A stretch of 64,000 nt of DNA from Eledone cirrhosa (lineage: Eukaryota): positions 348,874,001 through 348,938,000 of the forward strand of contig OZ024742.1 of assembly GCA_964016885.1 (NCBI GenBank), read 5' to 3'. The notes beneath the pieces were generated by a model. The model did not search any database. It saw only the letters and a list, made by a program, of their open reading frames with translations, and was not told the origin of the DNA. Both the position numbers and the translations under genes were made by a program. Shown in pieces: positions 1-14,806 of this stretch (its first letter is position 1; each line of letters starts with the position of its first letter).

Positions 1-1760
1 ATATGGTGATATTATTGACAATGTAAAGATCTCTATGTCTCAATATGGCGACATTATTGACAATGTAAAGCTCTCTATGTCTCAATATGGCGACATTATT
101 GACGGTGTAAAGCTCTCTATGTCTCAATATGGTGACATTATTGACACAGTGTAAAGCTCTCAATCTCTCAATATAGTAACATTATTGACACAGTGTAAAG
201 CTCTCTAGGACTCAATATGGTGACACTATTGACAATGTAAAGCTCTCTATGTCTCAATATGGCGACATTATTGACAATGTAAAGCTCTCTATGTCTCAAT
301 ATAGCGCCATTATTGACAAGGTAAACCTCTCTATGTCTCAATATGGTGACATTATTGACAGTGTAAAGCTCTCTATGTCTCAATATGGCGACATTATTGA
401 CAGTGTAAAGCTCCCTATGTCTCAATATGGCGACATTATTGACACAGTGTAAAGCTCTCTATATCACAATATGGCGACATTATTGACAATGTAAAGCTCT
501 CTATGTCTCAATATGGCGACATTATTGAAACAGTGTAAAGCTCTCTATGTCTCAATATGGCAACATTATTGACAATGTAAAGCTCTCTATGTCTCAATAT
601 GGCGACATTATTGACAGAGTGTAAAGCTCTCTATGTCTCAATATGTTGATATTATTGACAGTGTAAAGCTCTCTATGATTCAATATAGCGACATTATTGA
701 AACAGTGTAAAGCTCTCTATGTCTCAATATGGCGATATTATTGACACAGTGTAAAGCTCTCTATGTCTCAATATGGCGACATTATTGACACAGTGTAAAG
801 CTCTCTATGTCTCAATATGGCGACATTTTTGCTACAGTGTAGAGCTCTCTTTGTCTCAATATGGCGACATTATTAACAGTGTAAAGCTCTCTATGTCTCA
901 ATATGGCGACATTATTGATACAGTGTAGAGCTCTCTATGTCTCAATATGGTGACATTATTGACACAGTGTAAAGCTCTCTATTTCTCAATATGGTGACAT
1001 TATTGACACAGTGTAAAGCTCTCTATGTCTCAATATGGCGACATTATTGATACAGTGTAGAGCTCTCTATGTCTCAATATGGTGACATTATTGACACAGT
1101 GTAAAGCTCTCTATTTCTCAATATGGTGACATTATTGACACAGTGTAAAGCTCTCTAGGTCTCAACATGGTGACATTATTGACAGTGTAAAGCTCTCTAT
1201 GTCTCAATATGGTGACATTATTGACACATATTAAAGCACTCTATGTCTCAATATTGTGACATTATTGACAGTGTAAAGCTCTCTATGTCTTAATATGGCG
1301 ACATTATTGACAATGTAAAGCTCTCTATGTCTCAATATGGTGACATTATTGACAATGTAAAGCTCTCTATGTCTCAATATGGTGATATTATTGACAATGT
1401 AAAGATCTCTATGTCTCAATATGGCGACATTATTGACAATGTAAAGCTCTCTATGTCTCAATATGGCGACATTATTGACGGTGTAAAGCTCTCTATGTCT
1501 CAATATGGTGACATTATTGACACAGTGTAAAGCTCTCAATCTCTCAATATAGTAACATTATTGACACAGTGTAAAGCTCTCTAGGACTCAATATGGTGAC
1601 ACTATTGACAATGTAAAGCTCTCTATGTCTCAATATGGCGACATTATTGACAATGTAAAGCTCTCTATGTCTCAATATGGCGACATTATTGACAATGTAA
1701 AGCTCTCTATGTCTCAACATAGCGCCATTATTGACAATGTAAAGCTCTCTATGTCTCAAT
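1..1760. repeat. Distinct sub-domain containing a 1,376-bp-offset duplication
   Basis: ATATGGTGATATTATTGACAATGTAAAGATCTC occurs at 1 and 1377. The rare variants CTCAATCTCTCAATATAGTAAC, CTAGGACTC and ATAGCGCCATT repeat in both copies. ORF-track boundaries at 168 and 1544 also differ by 1376. Confidence 0.85.
880..1157. repeat. Local tandem duplication of three 44-bp monomers (132 bp)
   Basis: GATACAGTGTAGAG occurs at 917 and 1049, each followed by the rare CTATTTCTC variant. Confidence 0.85.
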
Positions 1761-2449
1761 ATGGTGACATTATTGATACAGTGTAAAGCTCTCTAAGTCT
1801 CAATATAGTGACATTATTGACACAGTGTAAAGCTCTCTATGTCTCAATATGGTGACATTATTGACACAGTGTAAAGCTCTCTATGTCTCAATATGGCGAC
1901 ATTATAGACAATGTAAAGCTCTCGATGTCTCAATATGGCGACATTATTGACACAGTTTAAAGCTCTCTATGTCTCAATATGGTGACATTATTGACAGTGT
2001 AAAGCTCTCTATGTCTCAATATGGCGACATTATTGACACAGTGTAAAGCTCTCTATGTCTCAATATGGCGACATTACTGATACAGTGAAAAGCTCTCTAT
2101 GTCTCAATATGGCGACATTATTGACAGTGTAAAGCTCTCTATGTCTCAATATGGCGACATTATTGACAATGTAAAGCTCTCTATGTCTCAATATATGTGA
2201 CATTATTGACAGTGTAAAGCTTTGTATGTCTCAATATGGTGACATTATTGACAGTGTAAAGCTTCTATGTCTCAATATGGTGACACTATTGATACAGTGT
2301 AAACCTCTCTATGTCTCAATATGGTGACATTATTGACACAGTGTAAAGCTCTCTATGTCTCAATATGGCGACATTATTGACAATGTAAAGCTCTCTATGT
2401 CTCAATATGGCGACATTATTGACACAGTGTAATGCTCTCTATGTCTCAA

Positions 2450-3005
2450 TATGGTGACATTATTGACAGTGTAAAGCTCTCTATGTCTCAATATGGCGAT
2501 ATTATTGACAATGTAAAGCTCTCTATGTCTCAATATGGTGACATTATTGACAGTGTAAAGCTCTCTATGTCTCAATATAGTGACATTATTGACACATTGT
2601 AAAGCTCTCTATGTTTCAATATGGTGACATTATTGACAGTGTAAAGCTCTCTATGTCTCAATATGGTGACATTATCGACAGTGTAAAGCTCTCTATGTCT
2701 CAATATGGTGACATCATTGACACATTGTAAAGCTCTCTATGTCTCAATATGGTGACATTATTGACAGTGTAAAGCTCTCTATGTCTCAATATGGCGATAT
2801 TATTGACAATGTAAAGCTCTCTATGTCTCAATATGGTGACATTATTGACAGTGTAAAGCTCTCTATGTCTCAATATAGTGACATTATTGACACATTGTAA
2901 AGCTCTCTATGTTTCAATATGGTGACATTATTGACAGTATAAAGCTCTTTATGTCTCAATATGGTGACATTATCGACAGTGTAAAGCTCTCTATGTCTCA
3001 ATATG
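2450..3005. repeat. Local 7-monomer (298-bp) duplication
   Basis: ATATGGCGAT occurs at 2491 and 2789, each followed by the same series TAGTGAC, ATGTTTCAA, TTATCGAC. The offset 298 equals 5x42 + 2x44. Confidence 0.8.
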
Positions 3006-6000
3006 GCGACATTATTGGCACAGTGTAAAGCTCTGTATGTCTCAATATGGCGACATTATTGATACAGTGTAAAGCTCTCTATGTCTCAATATGGCGACAT
3101 TATTGACAGTGTAAAGCTTTCTATGTCTCAATATGGCGACATTATTGATACAGTGTAAAGCTCTCTATGTCTCAATATGGCGACATTATTGACAGTGTAA
3201 AGCTCTCTATGTCTCAATTCTATGTCTCAATATGGTGAGATTATTGACACAGTGTAAAGCTCTCTATGTCTCAATATGGCGACATTATTGACAGTGTAAA
3301 GCTTTCTATGTCTCAATATGGCGACATTATAGACAGTGTAAAGCTTTCTATGTCTCAATATGGTTACATTATTGACAGTGTAAAGCTCTCTATGTCTCAA
3401 TATGGCGACATTATTGACAATGTAAAGCTCTCTATGTCTCAATATGGTGACATTATTGACAGTGTAAAGCTCTCTATGTATCAATATGATGACATTGTTG
3501 ACAGTGTAAAGCTCTCTATGTCTCAATATGGGGACATTATTGACACAGTATAAAGCTCTCTATGTCTCAATATGGTGACGTTATTGACAAAGTGTAAAGC
3601 TCTCTATGTCTCAATATGGTAACATTATTGACACAGTGTAAAGCTCTCTATGTCTCAATATGGTGACATTATTGACAATGTAAAGCTCTCTATGTCCCAA
3701 TATTCTGACATTATTGACACATTGTAAAGCTCTCTATGTCTCAATATGGTGACATCATTGACAGTGTAAAGCTCTGTATGTCTCAATATGGTGACATTAT
3801 TGACAGTGTAAAGCTTCTATGTCTCAATATGTTGACATTATTGACACATTGTAAAGCTCTCTATGTCTCAATATGGTGACATTATTGACGGTGTAAAGCT
3901 CTCTATGTCTCAATATGGCGACATTATTGACAACGTAAAGCTCTCTATGTCTCAATATGGTGACATTATTGACAGTGTAAAGCCCTCTATGCCTCAATAT
4001 GGTGACATCATTGACACAGTGTAAAGCTCTCTATGTCTCAATATGGCGACATTATTGATACAGTGAAAAGCTCTCTATGTCTCAATATGGCGACATTATT
4101 GACAGTGTAAAGCTCTCTATGTCTCAATATGGCGACATTATTGACAGTGTAAAGCTCTCTATGTCTCAATATGGTGACATTATTGACAGTGTAAAGCTTT
4201 CTATGTCTCAATATGGTGACATAGTTAACACTGTAATGCTCTCTATGTCTCAATATGGCGACGTTATTGATACAGTGTGAAGCTCTCTATGTCTCAATAT
4301 GGTGACATTATTGTCACAGTGTAAAGCTCTCTGTCTCAATATGGTGACATTATTGACACAGTGTAAAGCTCTCTATGTCTCAATATGGCGACATTATTGA
4401 CACAGTGTAAGGCTCTCTATGTCTCAATATGGCGACATTATTGATACAGTATAAAGCTCTCTATGTCTCAATATGGCGACATTATGGACAGTGTAAAGCT
4501 CTCTATGTCTCAATATGGCGACATTATTGACGATGTAATGCTCTCTATGTCTCAATATGGTGACATTATAGACAGTGTAAAGCTCTCCATGTCTCAATAT
4601 GGTGACATTGTTGACACTGTAAAGCTCTCTATGTCTCAATATAGTGACATTATTGATACAGTGTAAAGCTCTCTAAGTCTCAATATGGTGACATCATTGA
4701 CACAGTGTAAAGCTCTCTATGTCTCAATATGGTGACATTATTGACACAGTGTAAAGCTCTCTATGTCTCAATATGGCGACATTATTGACAATGGAAAGCT
4801 CTCTATGTCTCAATATATGTGACATTATTGACAGTGTAAAGCTCTCTATGTCTCAATATAGTCACATTATTGACACATTGTAAAGCTCTCTATGTTTCAA
4901 TATGGTGACATTATTGACAGTGTAAAGCTCTTTATGTCTCAATATGGTGACATTATCGACAGTGTAAAGCTCTCTATGTCTCAATATGGCGACATTATTG
5001 ACACAGTGTAAAGCTCTGTATGTCTCAATATGGCGACATTATTGATACAGTGTAAAGCTCTCTATGTCTCAATATGGCGACATTATTGACAGTGTAAAGC
5101 TCTCTATGTCTCAATTCTATGTCTCAATATGGTGAGATTATTGACACAGTGTAAAGCTCTCTATGTCTCAATATGGCGACATTATTGACAGTGTAAAGCT
5201 TTCTATGTCTCAATATGGCGACATTATAGACAGTGTAAAGCTTTCTATGTCTCAATATGGTTACATTATTGACAGTGTAAAGCTCTCTATGTCTCAATAT
5301 GGCGACATTATTGACAATGTAAAGCTCTCTATGTCTCAATATGGTGACATTATTGACAGTGTAAAGCTCTCTATGTCTCAATATGGTGACATTGTTGACA
5401 GTGTAAAGCTCTCTATGTCTCAATATGGGGACATTATTGACACAGTATAAAGCTCTCTATGTCTCAATATGGTGACGTTATTGACAAAGTGTAAAGCTCT
5501 CTATGTCTCAATATGGTAACATTATTGACACAGTGTAAAGCTCTCTATGTCTCAATATGGTGACATTATTGACAATGTAAAGCTCTCTATGTCCCAATAT
5601 TCTGACATTATTGACACATTGTAAAGCTCTCTATGTCTCAATATGGTGACATCATTGACAGTGTAAAGCTCTGTATGTCTCAATATGGTGACATTATTGA
5701 CTGTGTAAAGCTTCTATGTCTCAATATGTTGACATTATTGACACATTGTAAAGCTCTCTATGTCTCAATATGGTGACATTATTGACGGTGTAAATGTCTC
5801 TATGTCTCAATATGGCGACATTATTGACAACGTAAAGCCCTCTATGTCTCAATATGGTGACATCATTGACACAGTGTAAAGCTCTCTATGTCTCAATATG
5901 GCGACATTATTGATACAGTGAAAAGCTCTCTATGTCTCAATATGGCGACATTATTGACAGTGTAAAGCTCTCTATGTCTCAATATGGCGACATTATTGAC

Positions 6001-6640
6001 AATGTAAAGCTCTCTATGTCTCAATATGGTGACATTATTGACAGTGTAAAGCTTTCTATGTCTCAATATGGTGACATAGTTAACACTGTAATGCTCTCTA
6101 TGTCTCAATATGGCGACGTTATTGATACAGTGTGAAGCTCTCTATGTCTCAATATGGTGACATTATTGACACAGTGTAAAGCTCTCTGTCTCAATATGGT
6201 GACATTATTGACACAGTGTAAAGCTCTCTATGTCTCAATATGGCGACATTATTGACACAGTGTAAGGCTCTCTATGTCTCAATATGGCGACATTATTGAT
6301 ACAGTATAAAGCTCTCTATGTCTCAATATGGCGACATTATTGACAGTGTAAAGCTCCCTATGTCTCAATATGGCGACATTATTGACGATGTAGTGCTCTC
6401 TATGTCTCAATATGGTGACATTATAGACAGTGTAAAGCTCTCCATGTCTCAATATGGTGACATTGTTGACACTGTAAAGCTCTCTATGTCTCAATATAGT
6501 GACATTATTGATACAGTGTAAAGCTCTCTAAGTCTCAATATGGTGACATTATTGACACAGTGTAAAGCTCTCTATGTCTCAATATGGTGACATTATTGAC
6601 ACAGTGTAAAGCTCCCTATGTCTCAATATGGCGACATTAT
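2830..6640. repeat. ~1.86-1.90-kb higher-order duplication (two copies)
   Basis: Matching ORF-track landmarks are 3227/5124 (offset 1897), 4038/5893 and 4424/6279 (offset 1855, one 42-mer lost). The marker order is shared: CAATTCTATG, GGGGAC, CCCAATATTCT, GTTAACACT, CTCCATG. Confidence 0.85.
3206..3231 (+). repeat. 13-bp internal duplication (TCTATGTCTCAAT x2), first of 13 copies of this landmark
   Basis: The sequence reads CTCTATGTCTCAATTCTATGTCTCAATATGGTGAG. It is also at about 5103, 8884, 10526, 14221, 16285 (second copy 2 bp shorter), 18820, 29927, 36791, 39327, 47013, 51951 and 56797. Confidence 0.95.
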
Positions 6641-9600
6641 AGACAATGTAAAGCTCTCTATGTCTCAATATGGCGACATTATTGACACAGTTTAAAGCTC
6701 TCTATGTCTCAATATGGTGACATTATTGACAGTGTAAAGCTCTCTATGTCTCAATATGGCGACATTATTGACACAGTGTAAAGCTCTGTATGTCTCAATA
6801 TGGCGACATTACTGATACAGTGAAAAGCTCTCTATGTCTCAATATGGCGACATTATTGACAGTGTAAAGCTCTCTATGTCTCAATATGGCGACATTATTG
6901 ACAATGTAAAGCTCTCTATGTCTCAATATATGTGACATTATTGACAGTGTAAAGCTCTGTATGTCTCAATATGGTGACATTATTGACAGTGTAAAGCTTC
7001 TATGTCTCAATATGGTGGCACTATTGATACAGTGTAAACCTCTCTATGTCTCAATATGGTGACATTATTGACGCAGTGTAAAGCTCTCTATGTCTCAATA
7101 TGGCGACATTATTGACAATGTAAAGCTCTCTATGTCTCAATATGGCGACATTATTGACACAGTGTAATGCTCTCTATGTCTCAATATGGTGACATTATTG
7201 ACAGTGTAAAGCTCTCTATGTCCCAATATGGTGACATTATTGACACAGTGTAAAGCTCTCTATGTCTCAATATGGTGAGATTATTGACACGTTGTAAAGC
7301 TCTCTATGTCTCAATATGGTGACATTATTGACAGTGTAAAGCTCTCTATGTCTCAATATGGTGACATTATTAACACATTGTAAAGCTCTCTATGTCTCAA
7401 TATGGTGACATTATTGACAGTGTAAAGCTCTCTATGTCTCAATATGGCGACATTATTGACAATGTAGAGCTCTCTATGTCTCAATATGGTGACATTATTG
7501 ACAGTGTAAAGCTCTCTATGTCTCAATATAGTGACATTATTGACACATTGTAAAGCTCTCTATGTCTCAATATGATGACATTATTGACAGTGTAAAGCTC
7601 TCTATGTCTCAATATGGCGACATTATTGACAATGTAAAGCTCTCTATGTTTCAATATAGTGACATTATTGACACATTGTAAAGCTCTCTATGTCTCAATA
7701 TGGTGAGATTATTGACACAGTGTAAAGCTCTCTATGTCTTAATATTGTGACATTATTGACAGTGTGAAGCTCTGTATGTCTGAATATGGCGACATTATTG
7801 ACACAGTGTAAAGCTCTGTATGTCTCAATATGGCGACATTACTGATACAGTGTAAAGCTCTCTATGTCTCAATATGGCGACATTATTGACAGTGTAAAGC
7901 TCTCTATGTCTCAATATGGCGACATTATTGACAATGTAAAGCTCTCTATGTCTCAATATGGTGACATTATTGACACAGTGTAAAGTTCTCTATGTCTCAA
8001 TATGGTGACATTATTGACAGTGTAAAGCTCTCTATGTCTCAATATGGCGACATTATTGGCAATGTAAAGCTCTCTATGTCTCAATATGGTGACATTATTG
8101 ACACATTGTAAAGCTCTCTATGTTTCAATATGGTGACATCATTGACATTGTTAAGCTCTGTATGTCTCAATATGGTGACATTATTGACAGTGTAAAGCTT
8201 CTATGTCTCAATATGGTGACATTATTGACACAATGTAAAGCTCTCTATGTCTCAATATGGTTGACATTATTGACAGTGTAAAGCTTCTATGTCTCAATAT
8301 GGTGAGATTATTGACACAATGTAAAACTCTCTATGTCTTAATATGGTGAGATTATTGACAGTGTAAAGCTCTCTATGTCTTAATATGGCGACATTATTGA
8401 CAATGTAAAGCTCTCTATGTCTCAATATGGTGACATTATTGACAGTGTAAAGCTGTCTATGTCTCAATATGGTGACATCATTGACACATTGTAAAGCTCT
8501 CTATGTCTCAATATGGTGACATTATTGACAGTGTAAAGCTCTCTATGTCTCAATATGGCGATATTATTGACAATGTAAAGCTCTCGATGTCTCAATATGG
8601 TGACATTATTGACAGTGTAAAGCTCTCTATGTCTCAATATAGTGACATTATTGACACATTGTAAAGCTCTCTATGTTTCAATATGGTGACATTATTGACA
8701 GTGTAAAGCTCTCTATGTATCAATATGGTGACATTATCGACAGTGTAAAGCTCTCTATGTCTCAATATGGCGACATTATTGACACAGTGTAAAGCTCTGT
8801 ATGTCTCATTATGGCGACATTATTGATACAGTGTAAAGCTCTCTATGTCTCAATATGGCGACATTATTGACAGTGTAAAGCTCTCTATGTCTCAATTCTA
8901 TGTCTCAATATGGTGAGATTATTGACACAGTGTAAAGCTCTCTATGTCTCAATATGGCGACATTATTGACAGTGTAAAGCTTTCTATGTCTCAATATGGC
9001 GACATTATTGACAGTGTAAAGCTTTCTATGTCTCAATATGGTTACATTATTGACAGTGTAAAGCTCTCTATGTCTCAATATGGCGACATTATTGACAGTG
9101 TAAAGCTCTCTATGTCTCAATATGGCGACATTATTGACGATGTAATGCTCTCTATGTCTCAATATGGTGACATTATAGACAGTGTAAAGCTCTCCATGTC
9201 TCAATATGGTGACATTGTTGACACTGTAAAGCTCTCTATGTCTCAATATAGTGACATTATTGATACAGTGTAAAGCTCTCTAAGTCTCAATATGGTGACA
9301 TTATTGACACAGTGTAAAGCTCTCTATGTCTCAATATGGTGACATTATTGACACAGTGTAAAGCTCTCTATGTCTCAATATGGCGACATTATAGACAATG
9401 TAAAGCTCTCTATGTCTCAATATGGCGACATTATTGACACAGTTTAAAGCTCTCTATGTCTCAATATGGCGACATTATTGATACAGTGAAAAGCTCTCTA
9501 TGTCTCAATATGGCGACATTATTGACAGTGTAAAGCTCTCTATGTCTCAATATGGCGACATTATTGACAGTGTAAAGCTCTCTATGTCTCAATATGGTGA

Positions 9601-12600
9601 CATTATTGACAGTGTAAAGCTTTCTATGTCTCAATATGGTGACATAGTTAACACTGTAATGCTCTCTATGTCTCAATATGGCGACGTTATTGATACAGTG
9701 TGAAGCTCTCTATGTCTCAATATGGTGACATTATTGTCACAGTGTAAAGCTCTCTGTCTCAATATGGTGACATTATTGACACAGTGTAAAGCTCTCTATG
9801 TCTCAATATGGCGACATTATTGACACAGTGTAAGGCTCTCTATGTCTCAATATGGCGACATTATTGATACAGTATAAAGCTCTCTATGTCTCAATATGGC
9901 GACATTATGGACAGTGTAAAGCTCTCTATGTCTCAATATGGCGACATTATTGACGATGTAATGCTCTCTATGTCTCAATATGGTGACATTATAGACAGTG
10001 TAAAGCTCTCCATGTCTCAATATGGTGACATTGTTGACACTGTAAAGCTCTCTATGTCTCAATATAGTGACATTATTGATACAGTGTAAAGCTCTCTAAG
10101 TCTCAATATGGTGACATCATTGACACAGTGTAAAGCTCTCTATGTCTCAATATGGTGACATTATTGACACAGTGTAAAGCTCTCTATGTCTCAATATGGC
10201 GACATTATTGACAATGGAAAGCTCTCTATGTCTCAATATATGTGACATTATTGACAGTGTAAAGCTCTCTATGTCTCAATATAGTCACATTATTGACACA
10301 TTGTAAAGCTCTCTATGTTTCAATATGGTGACATTATTGACAGTGTAAAGCTCTTTATGTCTCAATATGGTGACATTATCGACAGTGTAAAGCTCTCTAT
10401 GTCTCAATATGGCGACATTATTGACACAGTGTAAAGCTCTGTATGTCTCAATATGGCGACATTATTGATACAGTGTAAAGCTCTCTATGTCTCAATATGG
10501 CGACATTATTGACAGTGTAAAGCTCTCTATGTCTCAATTCTATGTCTCAATATGGTGAGATTATTGACACAGTGTAAAGCTCTCTATGTCTCAATATGGC
10601 GACATTATTGACAGTGTAAAGCTTTCTATGTCTCAATATGGCGACATTATAGACAGTGTAAAGCTTTCTATGTCTCAATATGGTTACATTATTGACAGTG
10701 TAAAGCTCTCTATGTCTCAATATGGCGACATTATTGACAATGTAAAGCTCTCTATGTCTCAATATGGTGACATTATTGACAGTGTAAAGCTCTCTATGTC
10801 TCAATATGGTGACATTGTTGACAGTGTAAAGCTCTCTATGTCTCAATATGGGGACATTATTGACACAGTATAAAGCTCTCTATGTCTCAATATGGTGACG
10901 TTATTGACAAAGTGTAAAGCTCTCTATGTCTCAATATGGTAACATTATTGACACAGTGTAAAGCTCTCTATGTCTCAATATGGTGACATTATTGACAATG
11001 TAAAGCTCTCTATGTCCCAATATTCTGACATTATTGACACATTGTAAAGCTCTCTATGTCTCAATATGGTGACATCATTGACAGTGTAAAGCTCTGTATG
11101 TCTCAATATGGTGACATTATTGACTGTGTAAAGCTTCTATGTCTCAATATGTTGACATTATTGACACATTGTAAAGCTCTCTATGTCTCAATATGGTGAC
11201 ATTATTGACGGTGTAAATGTCTCTATGTCTCAATATGGCGACATTATTGACAACGTAAAGCCCTCTATGTCTCAATATGGTGACATCATTGACACAGTGT
11301 AAAGCTCTCTATGTCTCAATATGGCGACATTATTGATACAGTGAAAAGCTCTCTATGTCTCAATATGGCGACATTATTGACAGTGTAAAGCTCTCTATGT
11401 CTCAATATGGCGACATTATTGACAATGTAAAGCTCTCTATGTCTCAATATGGTGACATTATTGACAGTGTAAAGCTTTCTATGTCTCAATATGGTGACAT
11501 AGTTAACACTGTAATGCTCTCTATGTCTCAATATGGCGACGTTATTGATACAGTGTGAAGCTCTCTATGTCTCAATATGGTGACATTATTGACACAGTGT
11601 AAAGCTCTCTGTCTCAATATGGTGACATTATTGACACAGTGTAAAGCTCTCTATGTCTCAATATGGCGACATTATTGACACAGTGTAAGGCTCTCTATGT
11701 CTCAATATGGCGACATTATTGATACAGTATAAAGCTCTCTATGTCTCAATATGGCGACATTATTGACAGTGTAAAGCTCCCTATGTCTCAATATGGCGAC
11801 ATTATTGACGATGTAGTGCTCTCTATGTCTCAATATGGTGACATTATAGACAGTGTAAAGCTCTCCATGTCTCAATATGGTGACATTGTTGACACTGTAA
11901 AGCTCTCTATGTCTCAATATAGTGACATTATTGATACAGTGTAAAGCTCTCTAAGTCTCAATATGGTGACATTATTGACACAGTGTAAAGCTCTCTATGT
12001 CTCAATATGGTGACATTATTGACACAGTGTAAAGCTCCCTATGTCTCAATATGGCGACATTATAGACAATGTAAAGCTCTCTATGTCTCAATATGGCGAC
12101 ATTATTGACACAGTTTAAAGCTCTCTATGTCTCAATATGGTGACATTATTGACAGTGTAAAGCTCTCTATGTCTCAATATGGCGACATTATTGACACAGT
12201 GTAAAGCTCTGTATGTCTCAATATGGCGACATTACTGATACAGTGAAAAGCTCTCTATGTCTCAATATGGCGACATTATTGACAGTGTAAAGCTCTCTAT
12301 GTCTCAATATGGCGACATTATTGACAATGTAAAGCTCTCTATGTCTCAATATATGTGACATTATTGACAGTGTAAAGCTCTGTATGTCTCAATATGGTGA
12401 CATTATTGACAGTGTAAAGCTTCTATGTCTCAATATGGTGACACTATTGATACAGTGTAAACCTCTCTATGTCTCAATATGGTGACATTATTGACGCAGT
12501 GTAAAGCTCTCTATGTCTCAATATGGCGACATTATTGACAATGTAAAGCTCTCTATGTCTCAATATGGCGACATTATTGACACAGTGTAATGCTCTCTAT

Positions 12601-14806
12601 GTCTCAATATGGTGACATTATTGACAGTGTAAAGCTCTCTATGTCCCAATATGGTGACATTATTGACACAGTGTAAAGCTCTCTATGTCTCAATATGGTG
12701 AGATTATTGACACGTTGTAAAGCTCTCTATGTCTCAATATGGTGACATTATTGACAGTGTAAAGCTCTCTATGTCTCAATATGGTGACATTATTAACACA
12801 TTGTAAAGCTCTCTATGTCTCAATATGGTGACATTATTGACAGTGTAAAGCTCTCTATGTCTCAATATGGCGACATTATTGACAATGTAGAGCTCTCTAT
12901 GTCTCAATATGGTGACATTATTGACAGTGTAAAGCTCTCTATGTCTCAATATAGTGACATTATTGGCACATTGTAAAGCTCTCTATGTCTCAATATGATG
13001 ACATTATTGACAGTGTAAAGCTCTCTATGTCTCAATATGGCGACATTATTGACAATGTAAAGCTCTCTATGTTTCAATATAGTGACATTATTGACACATT
13101 GTAAAGCTCTCTATGTCTCAATATGGTGAGATTATTGACACAGTGTAAAGCTCTCTATGTCTTAATATTGTGACATTATTGACAGTGTGAAGCTCTGTAT
13201 GTCTGAATATGGCGACATTATTGACACAGTGTAAAGCTCTGTATGTCTCAATATGGCGACATTATTGATACAGTGTAAAGCTCTCTATGTCTCAATATGG
13301 CGACATTATTGACAGTGTAAAGCTCTCTATGTCTCAATATGGCGACATTATTGACAATGTAAAGCTCTCTATGTCTCAATATGGTGACATTATTGACACA
13401 GTGTAAAGTTCTCTATGTCTCAATATGGTGACATTATTGACAGTGTAAAGCTCTCTATGTCTCAATATGGCGACATTATTGGCAATGTAAAGCTCTCTAT
13501 GTCTCAATATGGTGACATTATTGACACATTGTAAAGCTCTCTATGTTTCAATATGGTGACATCATTGACATTGTTAAGCTCTGTATGTCTCAATATGGTG
13601 ACATTATTGACAGTGTAAAGCTTCTATGTCTCAATATGGTGAGATTATTGACACAATGTAAAACTCTCTATGTCTTAATATGGTGAGATTATTGACAGTG
13701 TAAAGCTCTCTATGTCTTAATATGGCGACATTATTGACAATGTAAAGCTCTCTATGTCTCAATATGGTGACATTATTGACAGTGTAAAGCTGTCTATGTC
13801 TCAATATGGTGACATCATTGACACATTGTAAAGCTCTCTATGTCTCAATATGGTGACATTATTGACAGTGTAAAGCTCTCTATGTCTCAATATGGCGATA
13901 TTATTGACAATGTAAAGCTCTCGATGTCTCAATATGGTGACATTATTGACAGTGTAAAGCTCTCTATGTCTCAATATAGTGACATTATTGACACATTGTA
14001 AAGCTCTCTATGTTTCAATATGGTGACATTATTGACAGTGTAAAGCTCTCTATGTATCAATATGGTGACATTATCGACAGTGTAAAGCTCTCTATGTCTC
14101 AATATGGCGACATTATTGACACAGTGTAAAGCTCTGTATGTCTCATTATGGCGACATTATTGATACAGTGTAAAGCTCTCTATGTCTCAATATGGCGACA
14201 TTATTGACAGTGTAAAGCTCTCTATGTCTCAATTCTATGTCTCAATATGGTGAGATTATTGACACAGTGTAAAGCTCTCTATGTCTCAATATGGCGACAT
14301 TATTGACAGTGTAAAGCTTTCTATGTCTCAATATGGCGACATTATTGACAGTGTAAAGCTTTCTATGTCTCAATATGGTTACATTATTGACAGTGTAAAG
14401 CTCTCTATGTCTCAATATGGCGACATTATTGACAGTGTAAAGCTCTCTATGTCTCAATATGGCGACATTATTGACGATGTAATGCTCTCTATGTCTCAAT
14501 ATGGTGACATTATAGACAGTGTAAAGCTCTCCATGTCTCAATATGGTGACATTGTTGACACTGTAAAGCTCTCTATGTCTCAATATAGTGACATTATTGA
14601 TACAGTGTAAAGCTCTCTAAGTCTCAATATGGTGACATTATTGACACAGTGTAAAGCTCTCTATGTCTCAATATGGTGACATTATTGACACAGTGTAAAG
14701 CTCTCTATGTCTCAATATGGCGACATTATAGACAATGTAAAGCTCTCTATGTCTCAATATGGCGACATTATTGACACAGTTTAAAGCTCTCTATGTCTCA
14801 ATATGG
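4022..14806. repeat. ~5.4-kb higher-order tandem duplication (two copies, junction ~9445)
   Basis: The offset is a constant 5423 for 4038/9461, 4424/9847, 5124/10547, 5893/11316 and 6279/11702, then 5337 for 8905/14242 after an 86-bp loss near 13630. Shared private variants are TTGTCACAG, ATTATGGAC, CAATGGAAAG and GTAAATGTCT. Confidence 0.92.
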
